Source: Klebsormidium nitens
Lineage: Eukaryota > Plantae > Klebsormidiophyceae
Direction of reading: 5' to 3'
DNA length: 64,000 nt
Assembly (NCBI GenBank): GCA_000708835.1
Contig: DF237035.1
Coordinates: 131,899 to 195,898 of the forward strand
Shown piece after piece: positions 15,501-28,154 of the stretch. The translations under genes were made by a program, and so were the position numbers. The notes beneath the pieces were generated by a model. It ran no database searches and had not been told where the DNA came from. It saw only the letters and a list, made by a program, of their open reading frames with translations. Position 1 is the first letter of the stretch. Every line of letters begins with the position of its first letter.

Positions 15501-18500
15501 CGCGTGGCAGCCCGACTTCTGGTCGACGCTCCTTTTTTCGGGGGGGCATCAGTACGCCGTACAGCACTTTCTGTCGCTGGCCAGCCCCTGGAGCGTCATG
15601 CGCACCGCCATCACGGCCGCGACGCCGGGCACGTGGCCCAGCCTACTGGTGAGTGCATAGCCTATGGGGTAGGAGCATAGGAGATGAAAAGTGCAAGTGC
15701 GGTTAAAAACAGTACGTCGGAGGTAATTTCTCTCGCTGGTCAGACAAGGGACTCTCATGCCCCCTGCCATCGCGGCTGCGATTCCGCGCACGTGGCCCAG
15801 CCTTCTGGTGAGTGCATAGTTTATGGCGTAGGAGCAAAGGAAATGGATACCTGAAACGTGCATTCGCCTTGTTGAGCCCAGCCTATTGGCGAAGACTATA
15901 CCGTAAAAAGCAAAGCCATAAGAGAAGGTCTTGCAAGCGGAGCGTGTCGGTAGGTTCTAGCGTAAAAGCACGGGAACAGGCCAATGGCAGGGCATGTCTG
16001 GTGCAGTTTATGTCGGTGAGACGCCTTTGAAATTGGCATTACTCAGCGATGATGAAAGGCCTCGCTCGACTTTCTCATCATTGATTGATCATCGAGAGGT
16101 AGCACGCAAACTGGTGGTTGTGAGGCTGCTTCGAGCTTTTTGAGAGCGAAAGAAATGTGGAAACGGTCGAAGCCAGGTAGAGGACCGGTGGAGGTGGACG
16201 AACTTTAGTATGCAAAAAGAAAAGGAACCTCAAGAATTGAAATGCGATTTGAAATACGAATTCAAGCGAGGGACCCCTCCCCCGCTTGGCCGACTAAAAC
16301 TTCCGCTTGTTTCCATTGTTTGACGACACAATGGTCGCGACTTCCATTACGCCCCACTCACCCGCTCCCGTTTTCTCCACAGGCCATGCCCGCCGGTTGT
16401 ACCCTCGCCGACTGGATGACGTCAGGCACGTGCCGGCTGCAGTTTTCGGGGTTGCGCGCGATGCTCGATAGAGACGTCACGCTGCGGGCCGTGATCACTA
16501 GGTGCCCGGCATTCCCGGAAGGCCTCCCCGACGTGTACCTCGACTGTGTCGGCGCTGACTGCACAACTGTGTTCCAGGTGGGCGTCTTTTCGGGTTCGGA
16601 TTTTGGATTTATATTTTGGGTTTGCTTCCTGCAATTCGTATCTGGATGATGTTTCCAGATGTGAACCTTACTGCAGTTTTTCAAACGCTCTAAGAAGGTC
16701 GGCTTTGCTTCTCCGAGGTCGAGATTCCGACAGCGAAAAGGAGAGTTGTGAAAGTACGTATTTTGCAAAAGTACTGCTTGATGAATTGAAGTTAGTCTCT
16801 TTATCGTTTTCCAGGGTTTTGCTGAGCCAAAATCCAAGATGTGGGCAAACCCGTCTCATCCTGTGCGCCAGTGCTTCTATCATTCAACAACTTGTTGTAA
16901 CAACGTTTCCATTATTTGTGAACTTTGCTGCATTCTACTGCTGACGTCGTCTTCTCCTGCCAAACCCCATGGTTGCTGACGTCATTCCTTCCGTCCGCAG
17001 CCTTACAGCCTGACGGCGTGCGACTCCGACTCCGCTTGCGGCGCCAACACCCGCTGCGTGCAACTCTTCAACTCCACGGACCCCCTCGCAAACCTCCTCT
17101 GGCTCCCGGACGGTGTGAACGCGTCCGCATTGAATTCGGACACGTGCGCCAGCCCCAGCGCATTTATTACGGACGTCCAAAACCTGGTCCGGACCGCCGC
17201 CGGACTCCCGGTCGCTCCAACCGGGCAGCCCCAGGGGAGCGGCGTCTGCATGCCTGATCTGCTAAAGCTGGTTAACGGTGCTAACCTAACCTGGTTCGAC
17301 GCCCAGTTAAACACGAGCGGGTTAACCGGGCAGACGAGTGTGAATGGGCTCGCGGAGTACGCCAAGCTGGCGGGCGAGCAGGGCCACCCGTGCGGGGATG
17401 ACGTCATGAGCCAGCTGTCGGCGACGTCATTCTCGCTGGTAGTGACGTTGACGGTCGGCGGGCCGTCGGCCGCAGGGTTTGGCGCGACGCAAAAGGGGCA
17501 ACTTGCGAACGCGGTTGCAAAGGTGCGCGAGTGCCATTCTCGGATTTCCGGAGCACTCTAGGCCTTGGCTGGAAAGCTGTCGTGTAATCTGGCAAGGAAG
17601 TCTTTCGGGCGAACGTTTTTCGGGTCGTTGCCAGTGCCGCACTCTCAGATGAGGATTTGGCGATGGGCACTTCTCTTTTCGGCGATCGTTACAGACATGG
17701 GCTACGTTCGCTATTTAGAATTTCGGATTTTTACACAGTTTGGTAGCTTTCTTTTTGGGGCGAATTCGGTGCCTTCTCTGGACCTGCCCTCAAAATGCCG
17801 CTCAGCTGTCCTACCGTGTAAGTTTGATCCTTAGCCCCTCCGCAGTATTACATCCCTGATGATTCGATGCCGCACAGACTTCAAAGTAGCTCCGAACCGT
17901 TCCTGAAAACCCGTATAAACCTGTACCGATTGTCGACAACGCTCATGAACTTTTCGCCCTCCCCTGTCCGCAGATGGCCGGCGTTCCGTCCGAGCAGGTG
18001 GGCATCCTGTCCGCGTCGGACGTCGTCCTGTCCGCGTCCGACGCCCGCCGGCGCGCCCTGCTGACGTCAGCACCGACCGGCACGTTCCTCCAGGCTGACG
18101 TCGGTGTCCAGGCGGGCAGCTACGTGGCAGCGCTCGCACTCGCGGACGCCGTGCGCGCGTCGGAGGCGTCAGGGGGCGCGGCCGCGTCCGTAGCCGCGTC
18201 CGGGCTGACGGGGTATGACGTCATCAGCGTCGCGTTGAGCGTGCAAACGAACGTCGCGCTGGAGCCTCTCAAGGCTGCTGGGATGGCAGGGAGGGTGAGT
18301 AACGCAATGGCAAATCGAATTTTTGAACTTTCCCCTGCTGCTTTATGCCTTGCAACGCAGTACCTCTGTCTTTAGTGGTCTCCATTTTGAGTGCTTCTCT
18401 TACGACTGCGATTCCCGACTCCAACCAGATTGCTCAACCAGATGACCGTGGATCAGCGAGTCGTCTTTGTGTTGCAAGAGACGCATCAAATTGTGTGTGA

Positions 18501-18656
18501 TAGCGAATCTTGATAATGTCTGAGCGGGCCACTTCTTAGCGGGACTATCACTGAGCAACAAAGCAAAGGAGACAAGACAACAATTCGTATGTGCAGGCCG
18601 CCTGGGGAACCGTGGCCGTTGGCATCATTTTGAGTTTGCTTCACGCGTTGATATAA
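9575..18656 (+). CDS. Secreted Cys-rich glycoprotein of unknown function, ~1022 aa, signal peptide and GPI-signal-like C-terminus
   Basis: Twelve exons in phase (3069 nt): 9575-9650, 10531-10789, 11387-11591, 12038-12439 (GC donor), 13072-13280, 13940-14211, 14691-15028, 15439-15648, 16383-16577, 17001-17522, 17974-18294, 18597-18656. N-terminus MAAPWKVHAARTLLVVFLLGHSIAS; C-terminus AAGMAGRAAWGTVAVGIILSLLHALI-stop; several N-X-S/T sites; RRRALL motif near the C-terminal domain. No domain recognised. Confidence 0.8.
15551..15870 (+). repeat. ~160-bp tandem duplication spanning the exon 8 donor of the secreted-protein gene
   Basis: ACGTGGCCCAGCCT(A/T)CTG|GTGAGTGCATAG with donors at 15649 and 15808; flanks are similar but diverged. 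Confidence 0.85.
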
Positions 18657-18920
18657 ATGTCCAGTTGTCAAACACCAAAGCGTGCAAAGATTAGCTTTCG
18701 CGTCCAGCGCTGTGCAATTAGTCGATAGTCCTTAATGGGGGGTTCATTGATTGAAAGATCAGTCACTAACGAGATTCTCAGCATCACCGTACGTCTGAAT
18801 TGATCCTGCCATACCAGTTGAGCTCGTATCGAAGTAGAATAGTGTAGCCGCCTAAGCTACCTTGCCGGAAGGCACATGCAAGACTTTGATTACGTACGAT
18901 CGAAGTTTGCGCTCACTGCA

Positions 18921-19420
18921 GTCATGCACTCATGAGCTTTTTTCGCTTTTGGCCATCAAAAAACTTTCGATTTCCAATGTCATGGTATATATGAATTGCT
19001 ATGTCGACGGTCATAGTTGCATTGAAGGTGCAGACTCAGTGAGCTCGTTACTATAAGAATCCTACAACTCAATGCACATGCCAGATGTCATGCACCGTCT
19101 AAGGTCTAAGTTCGCTTAGTAAAGGGCCGCCTACTGAGGCGGCAAGACTCATGCAGACATGCAACGCGCGATTGCAGTCCATGGACGCAGAGGCCACGGA
19201 TCTGGGTGTAGCGCGTTTAAAATGCACATAGCTAGACCGGCCTGACTATACAGGGGCGGATCGCCTGGCATGTGCATGCATGGCGTATAGTCATCCCATC
19301 ATTGTATAAACTTGGCTTATCCACTGCGCCGCACCATCAGGCCGTAGATCCACAGATTTGTGCATATCTAGTGGATTTTATAGCAACGTTGCTAGGCTTG
19401 CCCATGAGTACATGCAACTT
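18921..19420. other. CATG-dense zone between convergent 3' ends (secreted protein / GHR)
   Basis: Manual count of about 13 CATG in 500 bp versus about 2 expected at uniform base composition. Confidence 0.6.
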
Positions 19421-19674
19421 GCACTGCCACACTCACTGCACCTAGACACAACTTTCACATCCCAAAGTGCACGGATATCTCTGGAGTGAGCTGCGGACAC
19501 CCTTGTCACGTCCGTGGCATTGCCAGTGCAACTATGTACAACTGCAACCTCGTATAACAGAAAGGTGGTCCTGCTGCTGCCCTGTTATAAACTCGCAACT
19601 CCGACGTCGAAGCAACTAAGACCAGACACAGGTGTCAAGCTCGTTTGACTCCTAACAACTATTACTCTCAAAAG

Positions 19675-22600
19675 TCAGCTCAAGCTGTAGCTAAGCTTGG
19701 GCCGCAGGGGGACGGTTGGGATCGCCCACCGGCCGAAATAGCCCCCGATGCAATGATCAAAGTTGGAGGCTTCTTTGACTCCCGGAAGGGAATAGACGTC
19801 GAGCAGCCACCGCTGCGATTGGAAGAGAAGCATGCGCTCAATGACACGGCAACAAATGCTTTCGAATAATGTGTAGAAGAAGCAGGTAGGAGTAGCTGAA
19901 AGGAAGGTTAACAGAGTAACAGCAGGGTCTTGGTTGCCAACTCGCAAGATTTCATGGGAGAGGGAGAGGCGGGGGTGACCCATCCGCAATTGCAGACAGA
20001 GTCGAAGATTCAGGCCTTGAAAAGAAGTGGAGTCAATGACAGATTTGACAGAGAATGAGGTGCGGCCGGGCGAAGATTGGGGCGGAATGTGTAGGTTGCG
20101 GGAGTGCATGCAATGTTTGGGGGGTTTTGTAGGAAGTGCGTTGTGGGGAGCGACGTGTGAGGGGGTGTTAACGTAGGGAGGGGGGGTGTGTAGGCCGAGT
20201 CCTTTCCAGGTCAGCTTTTCAGAAAGTCTTATCCCGACCCGAGGGTCATGGATAAGGGGGTTTGGAATATAGTTTTCAACCAGCAATAGACGCGTCTCGG
20301 TAAACCCTTACTGACTGCGTCATTGCCCCAAGCGCAAAGATGCCAGTCTTGGCACGGAGCGACCGCTTATAAAGCTGCCGGGGAACGGGGGAGCTTGTGG
20401 GTCGACGCGTCATTAGTTTGTCGACGTCAATTTCATCGATCGAACGGTCCGAATGTCGCAATTCTGATCAGCAACAACTACGACAGTGCCCCTTGACAAC
20501 GACGCCACGTGCCCCTTGAAACAGAACAATTGGCTGACTTATACTCCGCCGCAAATCGGGGGCCTTGCATGCAAGAGAAAGCCTGCCACGTGGCGGCGCG
20601 TCTCACCAGCGTGTTGGGGTAGCTGTCCGCGAGCATGGCCTTGTTCACCTTGAAGCGGACGAAGTACACGTGGTCGTGCCGGAACAGTGTCGGGAACAGC
20701 CGGACGTCAGCCTCCGTCAGCGTCTCGCCCAGCAAGTACCTGCGCGGCAGATGAGACACGTCTTCGTTTTCTGGACGATGTATCTGCTCGGAGGTAGGCT
20801 TTCCGCAGAGTGCAAGGATTGTGTTCAAAGTCTTGAGCAGCAAGAAGTTGCCCGGCTTTAAAAAAAAATCCTCCATTTCTGGTTGTTCGTTTACATGCCC
20901 ATTTTGGGGATGCCAGTAGCCTCTTCCTTTCTGCGTGTTGCTCAGAAATCACCGTCCATTTTCTCGCCCTTTTTTGATCTTCTCGACAATCGCTTGAGGG
21001 GTTGAAGCACAGCACTTTCCTTGGACAAGCGGGGTACAATTGTGAGATGCTCGTTCTTTTGGGAACCTCTGCTGGTTCAGGGATTTGTTGCTCTGAGCGA
21101 GCCTTATGTCTGCCGTCTCGCTCAATGTCTGCCGTACAAAAGGCAGGGGGAGAGGAGACACAAGATGTTTTAGCTACGACCGGGACAGGTAAACGGAAGC
21201 GTTTGTGGTTTTCAAAAAGTTGTAAAAGCTTCATCTTCAGAAAACGAAGCAACAAAGCTATCAGTGGTTGAATGATTATACAGAACACAAGAAAGTCTCT
21301 TATCCAAGGAAAGTTGATCCGAGAAGTCAAATTTTTCTGAATTCTGCAAGACGCCACCCACCTGTGTTTGTCGAGAAGACACTCCACCCGATCCAGCGCC
21401 TCGAAATACTCGTCGAACGCCTTATCATACGCGACCTGCCCCTTTGCGAACCCCGCCTTATACGCGCCGTTGTTGATGGCGTCGTATATCCAGCCGTTCA
21501 CTTCGTCGATCCGACGGATTAAATCGTGTGGGACCAATTCCGGCGACTTGGGCGCGGCAAATTCGCGGAACTCGGTCGCCAGCATGCGGATTATGTCAGC
21601 GGACTCGTTGCTGACGATCGTGGCGGTCTGCTTGTCGTACAGCACGGGAACCTGCTCAAACGAGGCGAATAAGCTGCATGGGAATGTTTCCTAATTTGGG
21701 CTTGTGCACTTTTGTCTTTCGTCTCAACAAAACGGTCTTGCTCATGTGGCACCGATATTGATTGATCGACAATGACACCTTTTTGACAATTGTCGCGTCT
21801 TGCTTGAAGTACCAACTTCGATCGGGCTTCAATTTGACGAAGGAACTCCGGCGAACCAGATCAAAGCCTACATGTCTGGCCATTTGTGGCGCCAGTCTTT
21901 TGAAAGACGTCCGATACGAACGCCGAGCAAAGGGTTTGGAAATGAGGGGGGAATACGTCAAGAATAATCACTAGGCCCCACTCTACAGAAGCTGGCAGAC
22001 TATGAAGTCCCTTTATGCCCTCAGCACCAGAGCGTACGCAAGAAGCGAATCCAGACACGGGCTTGCTCTAAAGCTGACAACCAACAACACGTTTCAACTG
22101 AAACTCAGTTTCCGACTCCGCATGGAATCTTAACAACCTAGTTCTTGTAGACTTGGGGCACGCACCGACTTTTCCGCCGATCCCGCGCGCGCGTACAGCT
22201 CCCGGATTCCGCCGATTCCGCCGGCGACGGTGTCGGGGGTGCACCCCGGTTCGCCTGGGTTGAAGACCCAGCCCTTGTCGGGGTCCCTCCGGTAGAACAG
22301 CACGTCCATCGAGATGACGTCATGCAGGCCCAGCAGCGCGCGCGTCAGCACGCACCTGTCGAGATAGGGGGAAATCTGGGTGTGAGGGAAAAATGAGTAT
22401 GGTAGGACTAGGTGGTGGTTTTCGCTTTTGGAGCGTGGCGGCCGAGAACGGTCTCTCCGATTTAGGTAAGCTTTGCAGGGCAATACCGGCGGTTCAGGAC
22501 CTGACCCCATTAAATCGTCACAAATGCTTGATGTGGCGCTTTCGGCGGCGAGCACAAGGCCGAGCATGCGCGAGTATGGTCCCTGCCAAAGAGCTTCAAG

Positions 22601-25600
22601 TGCAATGTCGCGTCCGTGGAGGGGGAATGAGATAGAAAGCGGTGGCGAAGTAGAGATGAGCTACCGGGAAAATGAGATTTTTGACCTGGTTCAAGGTTTC
22701 AAGACGAACTGCTGCGAAGTGCGCGTGTCAGACTCCTGAGCCAAAACCCATGATCATACCCAACTACCGAAGATGAGTCTCAAACTACAAACTCCTTCCA
22801 AAACGAAGCGAAACGCAAACATCCCGCAACCTGGTTTGACATCCTCCAACCGTTGAAACAAAAACATTTTCAGCACAATTCAAGAATTCTCTATTCTGAC
22901 CTGTGGCACCAAGGGCAGTTGTTCGCAATGTACAGGTGATACCGCCCCGCCTCAGCCTTGAAACCGGACGACCCGTCCGCAGTGATCCAGTTCCGGAGCT
23001 TGCTATCCGGGCGTACAAATGCGCCGTGCGAGTAGGCGCCTCCGGACGCCGACGCTTCGGCGGCCGCTGGCGAGCCGTTGGACTCTGGTTCGGGAAAGTG
23101 ATGATTATTTTGAAAACTTGCAGTGTTCAGCAATCTCAAACAAGTGGCCCGAAAGCGTCGGCTTAAAATGCTGGCTGATATGATACGTAGACGTGTTTGT
23201 CAAGTGCAGATACAAAGGAAGGCTTCTGAGTACCGAAAATCGTAAGTTAGAGGAAGGCTTTAGGTACCTTTGCCAAAGGATGCCTGCATCCATACTCAGG
23301 GAGGCATCCGAGTCGGAGTGGATCCTGAAGGGTTTGCTCTGCAACTCATGATACTGTCCCTTTGTATCGAAATTCTAGAAGTTGCGCTTGGTTGCCCTTC
23401 AGAATCTTCCAGATTGTAAATTCCAAAGCTTCAGGGTTCAAGGTTCTAGTATACTCGGTTCCAAAGTTTAAGGTTTCAAACTTTTTGGGGTTAACATTCA
23501 GAATGAGAGCGGACGCTCGGACACTCACCTTGAGGCTGAGCGGAGTCTCGGACGCCTAGCTTGCGCCGGCAGAAGCTGACCTCAGGGGTGAACGGCGCCC
23601 CCCCGCGGGGAACGAGCTGGGCCGGATTCTGGGCGACAAAAGTGAAGTAGTACGAGTCTTTGATGTGCGGGAAGGAGACGGTGGTCGCCACCGAGGGGTT
23701 GGAGTAGAGGTCCTGTAGGTAGATCAGGGCAGGGGTTGGGAAGGGCGACTGAAATGGCTGAAGAGCGCGTAAGTGGTCGCCATAAAGGGCGGGGACGCAC
23801 ACGAGAAGTGCGCAATGACAAGATGTAGGGATGCGCTTCGACGGCGAGCGGGAAAGTTTTGGCCAACTAATCGACCGTACGTAACCAGGAACACAGTGTT
23901 CTGCGAGTCATATCTAGACCTCTGAACCGTAATACGAAAGACGACATCATCTTAGCGAGCACGATGGGCAGTTCATGGGATATGTCAGCTCACTCAGCAG
24001 GGAAACTTTGTGGACTGACAACAGGCGCAGTAAGTGGGATGAAAATGTCAACCTAAGATTGATAAAACCGAGAGGTCTGCGACTGTAAATGCCTTTAACC
24101 GCACGGCAGACCTGGACGCGCAGATCTCTCTCGTGAAATGGAAATCCATGTCTCATCACTGGGACTTCTATAGCGTACGTTGGCATCCTGCCTTCCCATC
24201 TCGAAGCTGCCGACAGATGAAGAAACACATGCGCGCCTTAGTAGAGAACAGTTACTCTGCTTGCAACCATCCAAGAAAGGAGTGAATCTGTCCACTGACT
24301 AAGCAGTAACCAACAACCGTTTCAATTGGCCGAAGTGGGCGCACCTCCATGTATGTTTGCAGGTTGGGGTAGTCCGCGATCCGCCGTAGCATGCACTTGA
24401 ACAGTCCGTAGTAGACGATGTCGAACCGGATGAGCGTCGCGAACAAACGGACGTCCGCAAGCGTCGGAGAAGGCACGCTCGCGCCGGGGGGGTAGTATGA
24501 GACCAAGTAACGCTGCTTCGCCAAAATTGATTCGCACCGGTCAAGCGCAGCAAACACGCGGCGGCACGCGGCCTCGTAGTCTTCCTGGGGGGTAAGCGAA
24601 GGAAGGTTCGATTAGGGTCAAGGGGTTAGGATAACGAGCTTTAGGATGTTTACCTGAGATTTGCAAGGGGGATTCAAACAGGAGCCGGATTGTGGGGACA
24701 CGACTAGGACAAAGCAAGTTGACTTCTTGAGTTAGTCCAATGAGGTTGGATCCCTGTGCTGGAGACTCCTCTCTTCGCACATATTCCTCTCTTCGTACGT
24801 ATTGAATTACCGAGTCCCGCTATTACGAAAACGGCCCATGATAGCAGAACTTGATACGGACTTCGCAGTGTGGCCCAAAACCAGCAACCTCCGTTTCTTT
24901 TGGTCCACGGCTGCCTGAACTGCAACCAAGCTCCCAGAAAGCTGGATCAATCTAAATAAAGGCTCCAAGCAGTCCAAGACCAAGTGCGGTCACCTTCTCA
25001 ACATGCCAAGAACGTGGGGAGAAAGCGTGGTTCTCCCTGCAAAACAAAACGTCATGCTTTTCATTGAGCTTTAGACGCCCAACAGAAGTCAACGAGGACG
25101 AATAACGAAGTCGTGGACGAACTCAAAGAACGTGCCAGCTGTATCGTGAAGCGTCATACCTGGGTCGTTGCAAAGCCCGTCCGGTATACGCCCATGTTCA
25201 GCTCCGGGCCGAGCCAGTCGCTTATGGCGTCAATCTCCGATCGGAGATGGGGCGGGTAGTAGTCGGGAACCGGGACGCCCTTTGCGTGCTCCTCGAACTC
25301 GCTGTTGAGCATCTCGGAAATGTCGCCGCTCTCGTTGCTGACGACCCTACCAGTTTTAGTATCCTGCAACAAGAGGACAAAAAGCTGAGGAGGGGAATCG
25401 TGAAAGTGTCTTTTAAAACGCAGGCCGGATTGGTTCCTTCAATCGTCACTACAAATTTCGGGCGGCTCGGCAAGACAAGAACAACCCAATTCGGACAACA
25501 AATATCTGGAAGAGTCACGTTGAGGAGAGAGATAGAAACGGGAAAACTCTTGCAAGATGCACATACGCTTTGCCAAGCATTCGACGATAAGGGAATGCTG

Positions 25601-28154
25601 AATGCACCGAAAGGGCGATGTCACCCCAAAAGGGGAAGTGCAGAAGAATAGTCCCCGCAATGCGACTTTTCTCTCGCGTCCGTGAACGGCCACTCTGGCC
25701 ACGGAGGACCCCAGAAAAGGCGTCAGGACTTTCTGCGAAAGCCGCATTTTCGTCCAGATCCAGGCACTAGCGCCCATCAACAGATTGAGGTGACTTTTGA
25801 GTTACGATACCCCAAAGAAAGGCACGTTCCTTTCCCCACATGTCCAATCTTTTTGACTCCGATCAGGGCCGTCCCTCAAAAGCCACAGTTCTCTCTTTCT
25901 ACTTTGAAACGGGCCGAAAACAACAACCCAACTCTACTTTCTTCCCTTTCTAACAGGACCACGTCTCACAAGCTACGGCCCAATTTTAGCTCTTGAATAA
26001 GGCCATCGAAACTCGGAAACCCGAGAGCACTTCTCACCCAGAGCACTGGTACGGACACTCTCCCCGTGTAGTCCTTGTCCGAAGCCAGGTAGACGTCCGT
26101 AAGGAAACGGGCGTCCAGTCCGATTGTGTCCGGACGACACTCGGGGTAGCGCTCGTCGCCTTCTGGCCCGACAAAGTGCCACCCCTTGGGGTTGTCCTTC
26201 AAAGGGTGCAGAACAGTCATTGGGACAGCGGCCTGGGAAGAAGGGGGCGTATTAACGGGTTAACATTCGGTTTAAGGATGCTAGAGATTTGCGTTTTGAA
26301 ATATCGGGGTTTGGGAGGTGAGGAAAAGTGCGTCGAGAAGGAGAATCCAAGTGTGATAGGTAGGTGCCATCGATTTGGGTGGCTAGAAGCCTTCAGGACT
26401 GTAAAGAATTCGGGGCTGATATTCTACTGGATTGGCTCTGGCTGAAGCAGTGACAAGATTGTCTCGACGATTTTTGGTCAACTTGTGTACGATCAAGGGA
26501 TCCTGCTCCCTGATACCACTGGAGTTTAGGGCTTGGCTACTTTGTGTATCCTTTATGAGAATCGTATTCAAGGGAAGATTGCCATTCAGACTTGTTGACA
26601 TCTTTTCAGTATGTCGGCGCATCTGGTTTTCAGTTGGGACCTGTTGTTTGTATAACGTGTGTACTTATGATTGAGTCGTAGATGCGCAATCATCTCCGTG
26701 GTCAGCGCTCCAATTAGGACTTCCTCGTTGGCACTGACTGTGTTCTGCTTTAGCCCCAGTAAGAGGGGGATCCCTCTGCTGCCTTTCTTATCGTTTCTTT
26801 TCTAAAAAGTCAATCCTTGGGTGGGCACAGACTGGTCAGAGCCATGCATGTCACATGAGCAGAATCTATAGGCGAAAATGCAATGTTTTGAAGCAATTGA
26901 GATAGGGTAACATGTAGACAAAGGGAGGGGGGGAACAAGAAGTCGCATGCATTAGACAACTGGTACTGAAAGAAAGAACAAGGAGCGAGGAAACCTAAAA
27001 GGAAAAACAGACCCAGAAGCACAAAAATAACCGTGCTGGACATACGCCTCACCTGCAGACCTTTGAGAGAGCGCATGATGATTGCCCTATGAGAAAAGGG
27101 ACACGCCAGGGAAACCAAAAGGTGGTATCGTCCAGCCTCTGCCGGCAGATCGGAGGGGCCACTCGGATTCCGCCTTACCCAGGACTTGAACACAGTGGGC
27201 TTGATTTCAGAGCTGCACGCATAGGAAACAATGTCCCAGTTTGTTGGAAAGCAGCTTCTTTCAGGATAGTGCTGTGGTTTTCTTGACCTCAGATGAGAAG
27301 GGCGGCGCATGTCGGTCTGATGAGCCAGTGTTTCTTGACTGGACAATCTACCCAAAATCCCAAGCTGAATACATGCCTTCTGCCAAGCTCAGGAATTGAA
27401 TGATTGTCTTTCCAGATCTTTCTGAAATGTATGAGGGGGTGTTCTGGACATGGTTCTGGCTACAGGGGGGGGTGTTGAAATTTGGGGTTCGCTGCACTGA
27501 CATTTCACCCAAGGCAGCATGCTTCGCAATTTTGATAGAGTAATAGTCGGGGGAACTGGGAGGCAACAGGGTTTACTTCCGGTTCTTTATCTACGGCATT
27601 GAAGATCGACCTCCGAGGACTTCTTGCACACGCAAGCATGCTGCCTACCTCACTTCTGTCCGTCAATTGCAGATGCTATGAAGAGAGCGATTTGTACACG
27701 TCCGTCAATAAGGGTGAACATGTAGAAAAACACGTATTATCAGGAGCTAAAACAAAGTGATACACATTGCAGACAGCCCATGAATTGCAACAATGCTTAG
27801 TCACTGGAAAGACATTCAGAACTACCTGTCAGAGCCCCCATCGCCAGCTGGCACTTTGGGCTTCTCCGGGAACACCTGGCCTCTCTCAATGTACACCATT
27901 CTGGATGGGGGCTGTTGCGCAGAGTTAAGTCGCGACAAAATGGTGGTGGTGTGAAAAGACGAGCCGAGCAATGCTTGTACAGCCTTGCTTGTAAAGTATG
28001 CTCGCTGAAAGGATATGCGGTGAGAGGTTTTTGAGCTGCCCAATCGGGTCCAAACGTGGCAAATACTGGCAGAAGCGGGACGTGTGCGCAAGATTCTGAT
28101 TCCAACGCCAAACAAAGGCAAGCTGCCAACACCCGACCTGACAATTAATGACAT
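19675..28154 (-). CDS. GHR: Tandem two-domain glutathionyl-hydroquinone reductase (Xi-class GST, ECM4/YqjG family), 748 aa, organellar transit-peptide-like N-terminus
   Basis: Eleven exons in phase (2247 nt): 28154-27826, 27212-27053, 26232-26038, 25363-25160, 24584-24345, 23712-23529, 23084-22901, 22355-22166, 21651-21362, 20739-20607, 19812-19675. Domain 1: GRYHLLVSLACPFSHR, SVPVLWD, VSNESGDI, LNMGVYRTGFA, TLADVRLFATLIRFD. Domain 2: GRYHLYIANNCPWCHR, VPVLYDK, VSNESADI, INNGAYKAGFA, TEADVRLFPTLFRHD. Confidence 0.9.

Noticed and set aside
19813-20286. Long N-terminal part of the 203-aa minus-strand ORF 19675-20286
   Set aside because: Only 19812-19675 is coding (last GHR exon); the remainder is intron read-through.
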